A DNA stretch of 10,811 nt from Candidatus Hodarchaeota archaeon (GTDB taxonomy: Archaea; Asgardarchaeota; Heimdallarchaeia; Hodarchaeales; Hodarchaeaceae). The stretch is taken from the NCBI GenBank assembly GCA_029856365.1, contig JAHQWW010000128.1, positions 1-10,811 on the forward strand. Direction: 5' to 3'. Below the pieces are notes generated by a model. The model made no database searches, had not been told where the DNA came from, and was given only the letters and a program-made list of their open reading frames with translations. Shown here one piece after another: positions 1 to 9,800 of this stretch. The stretch's first letter is position 1. Every line of letters starts with the position of its first letter. The translations under genes and the position numbers were made by a program.

Positions 1-1
1 T

Positions 2-859
2 TTCGTTAAATATTCGGACACGTGTTTCAGGAACAGGGATAGAGTCATTATCGAAACGTCGGATTGATTGATCAGGCATATATTGATACGCATCAGACCA
101 ATTCTCCATTTTTTCATCCCAAGCTCGCTGTTTAGCCACAAGATCCTCTTCTCCAAGGGGATTAACCATTTTACGTGGGTCCATTATCCCATTCAAAAGA
201 CTATTGACATTTTCTGCGAAATATTTGACTCCCAAGATTCTAAAATCTTCTGCGACTCTTTGGTACCCCAATCCAGGATCTTCTGCTAAGATTTCACCTA
301 TTTCCCAAAGGTAATAAAAATAAGATTGTTCTGCACCAAGAACAGGACTTCCTTCAATACGTACTTTTGTTTCATTGACTGGGACTAACGCTCGTAACTG
401 ATCTGTTGAACCAGAACCAAAGATATGGAATGATATGGGGTTGGTAACTGTTTTTGCGATCTCTTTCCATTTGATAACTTCTCCGCCTAGCAAAACCCCA
501 TCAAGTTTACCATTAATGAAGTATAATTTTATCCAGTATTTATTGTCAAGTATTGATAATTGAAGATCTTTCCACCTATTTACAGGAATCAGATGGATGT
601 TATGATAGATTATACCTGCAGAGGTAAAAACATTTAATGCTGTATTTATCAGTAGACTATGATTATTATCATAAATAACTGCTATTTTTCTTGGTAAATC
701 AAAACCAGGATATTTTTCATCAAAAGGAGGTGTCTCTTTGGTTCGATTGATTTCAGCTCTTCGTGCAGCAGCACTTGCAACACTTATAAGAATAATAAGT
801 ATTATGAGAGTTGAGAAAACAATATTCCTATAACGAATGATTTTCTTTGCATGAATCAT
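2..859 (-). CDS. Secreted or membrane-anchored hypothetical protein, 3' end beyond the window (>=286 aa), translationally coupled to the giant gene
   Basis: Manual translation from the ATG at 859-857 is open to the window edge: MIHAKKIIRYRNIVFSTLIILIILISVASAAARRAEINRTKETPPFDEKYPGFDLPRKIAVIYDNNHSLLINTALNVF...WIKLYFINGKLDGVLLGGEVIKWKEIAKTVTNPISFHIFGSGSTDQLRALVP...RVRIFNE. The ATG overlaps the upstream stop (ATGA) and has AAGGAGGT 7 nt upstream. It has a basic n-region, a hydrophobic h-region and an A-S-A cleavage-like site. It is absent from the ORF track, presumably because it has no stop inside the window. Confidence 0.9.
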   Translation of the reverse strand, partial: MIHAKKIIRYRNIVFSTLIILIILISVASAAARRAEINRTKETPPFDEKYPGFDLPRKIAVIYDNNHSLLINTALNVFTSAGIIYHNIHLIPVNRWKDLQLSILDNKYWIKLYFINGKLDGVLLGGEVIKWKEIAKTVTNPISFHIFGSGSTDQLRALVPVNETKVRIEGSPVLGAEQSYFYYLWEIGEILAEDPGLGYQRVAEDFRILGVKYFAENVNSLLNGIMDPRKMVNPLGEEDLVAKQRAWDEKMENWSDAYQYMPDQSIRRFDNDSIPVPETRVRIFNE

Positions 860-3800
860 GGTTGGAACCTCCTTCTATCAATGGCATTTTGTTTTTGTTT
901 CCTTCTAACCCAGAAAAATAAAAATGAAGCAAAAATGGTTAGGAAAATAGGAAACACAAGTTCCAGAACTTGCGTTTTACTGGCAACATTTGCAGAAGTA
1001 ATTTCTGAATCATTCTGAGATTGATCAGGTGGAGATTTATCTCTAAAATCAACACTTGCGGCTTGTCCATTCTGTAAGCCTAAAAATCTACCAGATGGAT
1101 CTGTAACTGCTATTGTGCCATCGATTAAAATTGCTACGAAAGCTTCTTTCATGGTGGAATCCACTTTCCAGTTTTTAACTGTTATTATTTCCTCAGGGAA
1201 TGAATGCGATTCTATGATAGCTCCTTCAGGTGTAAGGACGATGAGTGAGTTATGAACAACGAATGCTATTTCATTTTCATCACTATTATCGATGTTAGCA
1301 AAGTGATGGTCATAAGAATCATTGCAATAGTATTGCGATTCACTAACGAATGTTATTATACTTCCATCGTCTTTCCATACCTGTGAACCATTATTGCGGG
1401 TAGTTAGTAAAATATCATAATAGGAACCTTGATCAACTATATCCATAGCAACAATCTCCTTTTGATAAGTGATTGAATTAAATGAGACCGCTCCATTAGA
1501 AAGCCATTTATATCGAAGTAATTCTCCTCCATCAGAAACCAGATATATATTTGCTAGTTGATTTTTACTTTCAATTGATTTCACTAAAACCCATTTTGTA
1601 CCCATATCTGGTGCTGGGAAAGAGCCTCCAAGAATTGATGTTGACGGTAATTCAATCAAACTTGCTGTTCCAAGAAAATCTAAAGCAACAATATGAGTTT
1701 TAATTCCAATATTGGAAGTATCAAGACATTCACCTTTCAGATATGTGAAGTAGGTAGGACTTGTAAAAGTCCAGATGAATTTTTTAGTGATAGGATTGAA
1801 AAGTGAGAGTATTCCGCTATTGTTTACAATAGATTGTAATAATAAGACGTCAGAACTACCATCTAAGGATAACGAAGTTGCAATCGAACCATCAGTAGTA
1901 ACTTGAGCCCAAACTTTAGTGGTTGTTCCCTCAAGAATGAAGAGATCGCTTTTATCAGTTTTAAATGCTAAACCTAGCTTACCTGGTTCAATCTCTAAAC
2001 CACATGCACTTATGTTTGAAAATGCTAGTAATTGAATTCGCCAGATCTCACCTCGGTTAAAGCTTCTCAGAATAAGTGTCCCATTATTGAAAGCAACCAA
2101 AAGCTTTTCAGTCCCGTCATTAGTCACTATGACAGGTATCACGAAACTATCAATTGAAGTGAGATCAGTATATAGTATTTTTGTTTTGGTCTTTACAAAG
2201 CTCGTCTGTGGTGTGATGGTATTGTTAGCTTTTGTTAACATACCAGTAACCTTGAAAATTGGGCCAGTCCCATTAATACATGTAACAGCTATATAGGTTT
2301 GGTCATCATCTGCATTTGCTATATTTGCCGTCACCGATTGTGAGTCAAAGTCTGTCCAAAGGATGTCAGCTCCTGTTAATGATATACCAAATAATCCTGA
2401 ATTGAATGTGTAACCAAGTATAATTTTCGTATTACCGTAGGATTTAATTTCAAATTTAACCATGTTATCAAAGAAGTACCTCTGCCAAATAATATCAGCT
2501 GTAGACACATCAATGGCAAATATTGCGCTTGTGTAACCCTTTGACGGGAAAAGAGTGGTAGAAGATGTAAAATCATGTATTGGCAAGATAATATCTGTTA
2601 TAGAATTACCATCGACATCCTGTGCATAAATATCAAAGTCATCTAAATCCATTCCTTTACCAATAGGAATAGTTTGATTCAGCATTATATTCAATGTAGA
2701 GAGATCATAAACTTCTAAACGACTTTCATTTGTATAATTATCAAAAATAGCAATAGCCAAATCAAGTTGGAGGTTACCATCAAAATCACCAATGGCAGAT
2801 CGGGATCTTGTATCGAATTTTGTCAAATGACTTAAATTAAATGATTTTTGAATTGATCCATCCTTCCTCAAAATAGTAACATTTTTGTAGGTTAAAAAGT
2901 CACTTGAGCATACTGATATTCTTGTTGTTTTCCCAATACTACCCACTGTAAGATCAAAATAACCTTTATTTTGAGGATTATTATCTGGTGTCACATCCCA
3001 AATTTCTTCACCAGTTATTGGTTCAATGGCACGAATATCAATCATGGTCGCAACAATAAGGTCTGGTACCGTATCACCATCAACATCAGTAAAAGCATGG
3101 TTATTGGTAGTATTCAATGAGGCCTCAGGAATCCAATATTGTTCATTCCCATCAAGATCTACTCCTAATATCCCTTCGGATGTAATTCCCATAATAACTG
3201 AATCATCAATGAGATAGATCTTGCTTATCTTACTATGGATTGTATACCGCCATAATAACTCATCTTCTTCGATATCCCATGCTGTTATTCCATTATCGCC
3301 TCTTCCGTCAGCAATGATGAGATCTAATTCACCATCGCCATCAACATCAATTAAGAGGCTATCCGATGCGTTTATTGTAGAACTTGAAACAAATGTTACA
3401 TCACTATAGAGATATTCTTCAGTAATGGCATACATGTCATTTATTGGTTGTTCTAGATTGGAGACTTCAAAACTGAAAACATCACCTCCTTTTAAAGTGA
3501 AAATAAGTTCTGGCCAACCATTTCCATTAGAATCAAAAATTGCGACTGCTCCAATTTCGCGAGCTCTTGCCTCATCAGAAGCGAAGAATTGTGCATAAGT
3601 ACTGTTTAGGAGTTCGGGATGGAGTGAGATGAATGATGGTGGCTGGTATTGCCATTTCTGGAGATATGAAATACTTCCATCAATTTCCTGATTTATCTCA
3701 AGTAACGAAACACGATAATTATGTGAAATGAATAATTCGTTTCGTAAGTCATTATCTGTGTCACCAACAGCAATCGCTGTCACTTCATGTAAATCAGTGA

Positions 3801-6800
3801 ATTTGAACCAGTGACCTTGTTCTATCTTACCTATCCACAGTTGCGTGGCTAAGTTATAAGAACTATTGTATGAATTTTCTGTGTAAAATGGATCTGAAAC
3901 ATCTACCAAGAATCTTGAAACGAGTTGATAGAGGATTCCACCTGTACCATCATCAGTAACACGGGGTCTGTAGTTTTGGCGACTTATCACATTATATCCA
4001 CCTTCCGTTACCAAACCTGCTGTTGATTGAACAAGATCAGGATCATCGCTATTCAGAACATAAGAATCAGACCAAGTCGTTCCAGAATCACTAGAAAAGA
4101 TGGAAACAACTTCTGACTGACCACCAATAAGTCGTTCGCGTAGATATGTTCGTTCGTATAATACTGCAATTCTATTGGGGTAATTTTCCATTGTTGAAGC
4201 ACTAGGGAATTGTGCGCTTCCTACGCCACTAGTAATTGGAAAAACACCTTGATTCTGGTAAGTACTATTCAAGACTGTAAAGTACAACTTTTGTGCTCGA
4301 TAAAAAGTATCCCTTGGATATCCAGCGAAAATAATCCCAAGGCGGCTATTAATATTGATTAAATCAACTGAATGGATAAAGTAACCCTCTAATCCAAGAG
4401 AATCTGATTTATTAACTAATACTCCATTTTCAATAACCTGTAGCATCAAAATCCCTTGATAATCAGGGATCTTGGATTGTGAATAGCTAAGATAAACAAT
4501 TTGATCAGTCTTTGTAATTATTTCTAACGTTCCTAAACCTTGTACTTGGATATTAGGATCAACTACAGTTATATTTAGAATTAAACGCGTTTTTGTCAAA
4601 TAGTTCCCGTTTTTATCGAAATTTCGCGCAAGAATGCATTTTCCATCAACCATTCCATCACTAGTATTGTATTCATGCACCCACGATACAAAAATGGTTC
4701 CATTCTGTAACTGAGTAATTACAGGTTCATATTCTATTCCAAAATGTATTCCATCATCACTATTATAATTCCGTTCATAAGGTGTACCATTGTGGTTGAT
4801 TCCCCAATCATGTGACTCCCAATCGAGAAGTGAACCAGTATCTAAAGGTATATCAGCTGTTTGTAATACATTTGACTGGTTTTTTCGTTGTTTAGATGAA
4901 CGATCGGGATAAAGATCAACGGAATCAATTTTATCCTCATAGTCATATAATGTAACTGCATTCGGAGAATTATAATCAAATTCCAAGTTTATTCTAGTGA
5001 GATTAGGATTAAACCCATATCGATCATTAAATACTGATGAATTTCTCGCAATCACAAAGTAATCTCGAGCAGGAATTGTATCTGATAAAGTGATATTATT
5101 GTTTTCTGTTCGTATTGTTATACTTGCTAGCGATATATCGAATATATTTGGATTGTATAGCTCTATCCAATGGTAACTAATGTTTGAAGGATCAAAATTA
5201 TCCTTAAAAAATATCTCAGAGATTAACAGATCTTCTGGCGCATTGAAGAGCTGCTGCGTTATATTTTTTGCAGTTCCTAGAGACGTTGGATCGCTTGTCA
5301 CATTATAATAAAGACGTCCGTCACCATTACTAGGATCGGACATGTCAACCATCTTTTGATCCCCCGAATAATGATCATGGTCTTCTTCTTCGACACCATA
5401 GACAACAAAGTATTCATCTGAATCAAGACGTACTATATCATGAGCACGTGGACCTAATCCTATAGGGGAGTTGTATATTCCAAACGTTGGTGATAATTCA
5501 TTCTCGATTCCGTAATTTGGATCTGATGTAATTATTTCAATTCTAGTAAAATTCAAAATTTCTGATTTTTCTGCTTCCCAAATATCAATTCCATCCGCAT
5601 GTGCAATAATCAGTTCTAATTTACCATCGAAATCACTATCACTTATTGCAAACGCATTGATTCGTGTGCTTATTGATTGATTGAATTCGTAGAATTGATG
5701 GATATTGCCAAAGTCAGATTGAGAAGCTAAAAGAAATCCTGTTTCTGTACCAGTTAGATTTGCTCCTCCAATCCATAATTCAGTTTTATTATCTTGATTA
5801 AGATCTGCAAAAAGCATTGTACGAATGTCTAAATCAGGATGATAATTAGGATTTCCAGGTTGATTATAAAAACCAGAACTACCGCCAGTGGATTGAAAAC
5901 TTTCTACCCATCCAATTGCAGGATCATAACGGAGTAAGAATATTTGATTACTAACACCAAGAGCAATCATACTTCCACGCCCATCAAAATCTGGTGTGAT
6001 CGCCATAGTAGAAAACTGGTATACATCATTATCAGATATAAAACTATTAAAATCAGTTTCGAAAACAAACTCATACTCATCATTAAAGCCCGTTGCTTCG
6101 AAAAAATATATTTTAAAGCCAGCTGCGATAATAAATTCCTCATTTCCATTGTTATTATAATCTAATCCCGCAGCAGCAAGATTCCCATGATCAAAAATTG
6201 TCCTTTGAAAAGTACCTGGGACCCCAGGAAGATCCTGAAATGCATAGGGTGAAAATGTAGTAGTTTCCGTGTGATTAAGATTATGAGTCTTATAAGCCCG
6301 TTTATAAGTATTCTCAGTCAAATGTTCAAAGACGTACACGTTATTATCGTAATCGCTGACGATTATTTCAGCATAACTATCACCATCTAAACCATAAGAA
6401 GTAGTTAGAGTTAATGTCCAGTCTTTTAACTCATCTAAATTAGACCATGATTTAGCGATTGAATACCCAAAATTAATTGCATCAGGAGGGGATTGTTTCA
6501 GATTTACTTCTAATTTAACTAATTCTGGATTTGTACCAATAATATAAGCATTTTGTTGATTTGTTTCAGCAATAAGATTTCTTATATGGCCTTGTACACC
6601 ATTCCAGATCCATAGAGATTCAGCTGAGCTTTTATTGGAATTTGAGGAAACAATAACCCCGAACGTATAATTATTGAATCTTAAAGATCCATCAGTTGTT
6701 GGATTTTTCATCATATAGGCATTTCTTACCCATTGAGGTTCTCCGAAAGTCCCTTGATTTTCAAAGAAATCCATACCATAGCGAAAACCAGTCTGACCAG

Positions 6801-9800
6801 CTTCCCATTCACAGACATAATAACGAGTGGAGGCACCTGGTAAATCATTCCAAAGGCCATTAGTGTACATTTCTACATAATCTTCCCCAGAACCAGCATT
6901 ATTGGGCTCCCCTGGACTCCATTGAGCATCACCTGAAACATAAGGTTCATCCGTAACCCATTTCCAGACCCCTTCAGTTATTTCATCAGTTAAACCAATC
7001 CATATCCTATTGGATCTGGCCAAATTGCTTACAAATGTATTTTCTGCACTAGTAGTAACGGTGACTAAATGTCCACCGTATGCTTGACATGCTGCCTTGG
7101 CTTCAGTCCAAGTTTTTGTGTCATAAAATAATTTGTACTCATTGCCCAAATAGAAAACTCCTCCATGACTAGAGCTTTGGTATGAATAAGCTATGTCATA
7201 ATCTCCATCCTGATCGTAATCCCATGCGTTTGGCGAAAATATGGGATTTAGAGGAGCCCGATCATTGAATTCTTCAAAATAATCAGAATCAAACTTGAAT
7301 CTAGGATTGGAAGCGGTTCCAACATTCCATAAGATGGCTAGTTTTCCATTGGATATAATAATGTCTTCTAAGGTGTCGTTATTAACGTCTACTATTGTAC
7401 CTGAAGGATAAGTGGTTGCAATAGCAAGAAAATCGTACAAATGACCTTCTGTGTCGTTTAAAATCCCTGAATAATAATAATACTCATCATTGTTGGGCAT
7501 AGGCTGAGTATAATACCAAATTTGGGGATAAAGTTCTGGATCATATGTAATTGGTCTTCTAAAAGGACCTTCATACCAAGGGAATACAACAAGCTCATCC
7601 ATCTCGTTGTCGTAAAGGTTACCAAAAGCAGTTGTAAGAACTTTATCAGAGAGAATACTATAACCATTAATGAAATAAAATATTGATTCTGAAGGTACAG
7701 GAACATTATTCGGCAACTCGAAGCCCGTTTCATCACTATATACCTTAATATCATTACTAGAGGTGCTAGTAACAATTAATTCACCAGATCCAGGGTTGAT
7801 CAGCTCGCTGCAATCAGCAACACTGATATGATGAACATCTGAAAAACCAGTAAATTCCTTTGTTTTCTCTACTCCGTTCTTAATATATCTCCAGGACGGG
7901 ATATAGGTCGCTTTTGGTGTTCCTTGTATAGACCAGATAGTTTCTCCTAAATTGAAATAAGAATCAGTATAGGAATCCCATATCTGGTTAAAGGAGGGGT
8001 TTACTATTCCATAATCTGTTGCAGGAATTTCTGTGAGTTCAGCAAGTTTACTTGGAAACTTTTTATAATAAGAAATATTGTGTGGTTCATATTGGAATGC
8101 TAAAAGCCGACCATCAGTTCCTCCGAAGACTATCTTATTTTTGACATCAGATTCGTTATAGGAAAATGATAATGGGTCAATAGTTACCGATGTTGCAATG
8201 GTTAGGGGGCGGGCAACATAAGGAAAGACTATCGCGTTTACTCTTCTTTCTTTAAATTCAGTTGTATTATCCTGCAGTAAAGTTAATCGGATATATTGGG
8301 CTGACATCATTTTTTTCCAGGCAAAAAGGGGGTCAACATCAATAGATAATCCATTACCGTAAGTTAATGGAGAAATATCAGATGAGTCGATTTGATGCCA
8401 ATCAATGAGGTTGTTACTAAGAGAAATATTCCATTCATTTGGGTCAGGGGTTGGCGAACCCGTTGAGGAATCAAAAATGATGTATAGATCTGGATTGGAA
8501 TTTCCATTTGATGCCACCTCTTCGCTTTTTCCCAAGTTCCATGTACCTGTGGCGTTATTATGAGTACTGTTTGTGTAGAAAGTTGTATGTTTGTCGTCCA
8601 AAGAATCCCATTCACAGATATAGTAAATGGAAGATGTAGCAGGCAAATCATTCCAAGTGCCATCTGTACGCATATGTCCATAATGTTCAATTCCACCATA
8701 ATTATCAGGTTGATTTGTCCCCCAATTAGTGTAGTCAACACCTCTCACGCAGGACTCGCCTGTAATCCATTGATCCCAATTCCCTTCCTCTATTACATCT
8801 GATAAACCAATCCAAACATAATTAGACCCTGCCAAGTTATGAACGAAACTACTCTCTTCAACACTGGTAATGGTGACTAAGTGGCCACCTAAAGTCTCAC
8901 AAGCAGCTTTTGCTGCTGTCCACGATACTTTAGTAGTGAATCCTCTATATTCATGTCCATTGTACAGTACTCCTCCGCGGTTATTTTCCCATTCACAGAC
9001 ATAATAACGAAAATCATCAATATTATCGATATCATTCCATGCTCCATTCCAATCAGCCATCAGTTCAACAAAATCTTCAAGACCATGTGCAGGAGAAGGT
9101 ACGAGATGATTATAGATTTTGATGTCATCCGTGATCCACTTGAAGTTACCTTCTGATGCACCATAAGTCTCGGAATCCGTTAAACCAATATGAACTCTAG
9201 CATTACCACCAGTCAATCCAGAGTTTAAAACCAAGTCGGTAATGAACTCATTTTCTTCAGGGCTAGTAATAACGACCAGATGGCCACCCAGGGCCTCACA
9301 CGCAGCTTTTGCTGCTGTCCACAATACTTTAGAAGATTTAAATAACTTATATTCATTTCTATTGTAAATAATTCCATCATGTTGGGTAAGACTATGGGCA
9401 GGTTCACCAGTAACAGCAGAATTGGCTGTGGGTTCAAATGTGTTTTGAGTATCCGCATCCCATGGTTCAGGATATTTACTCCCATCTTCATCTTGGTAAT
9501 ATACTTGCCAGTTCATAGATTCGCTACGAACCATCCAATCAGCGAAATTTTCAAAGGGATAAGCTCCCACCATTTGCCAGCCTTCAAAATTTTGGATCAG
9601 CTGTTCCAAGTAAAAACCCCGCTCATCTGTATAGTGTAGTACCCATGCGCCTTGTCCCCAAGCAAGAATAACTGCTTCCATAGCTATGTCACCATCATCT
9701 AATTCTCCTGTGGCGATTTGACCTATTGGGTTCCAAATTGGCTGATAGAGACCACTGTTATTCCAGACTAGTCGATAATCGTTGTCATTGGGAAAAGGAA

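Larger units (their letters stand above)
6802..9010. repeat. 25-nt perfect direct repeat shared by lectin domains 1 and 3: 8986-9010 and 6802-6826
   Basis: ttcccattcacagacataataacga at both sites, encoding RYYVCEWE. Confidence 0.9.

Noticed and set aside
655-690. KIAVIYDNNHS in the partner as a vWA/integrin-beta MIDAS motif
   Set aside because: MIDAS requires DxSxS, and this is DxNxS overlapping an N-H-S sequon. No other vWA or integrin-beta features such as Cys-rich repeats are visible in the available 286 aa.
895-925. FFWVRRK resembling the integrin-alpha GFFKR membrane-proximal motif
   Set aside because: It does not match KxGFFKR. It is adequately explained as the end of a Phe-rich TM helix followed by positive-inside residues.
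6802-7164. Higher GC in lectin domain 3 (about 40% by hand count versus about 30% in the LTD region) as evidence of horizontal transfer
   Set aside because: The difference can be explained by the Gly/Ala/Trp-rich composition. Third-position GC would need to be computed before making a claim.
6802-9375. Diversity-generating retroelement acting on the lectin domains
   Set aside because: There is no reverse transcriptase in the window and no ~100-nt TR/VR pair. The mismatches in the 38-nt repeat are T/C and G/T on the coding strand, not adenine-specific. The domains are internal canonical WIGL/WND-type lectins rather than C-terminal variable DGR targets.
68-9639. The twelve short ORFs (60-125 aa) in the ORF track
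   Set aside because: All lie within, antisense or out of frame to, one of the two long minus-strand genes, and none shows a recognisable motif. They are best explained as shadow ORFs.
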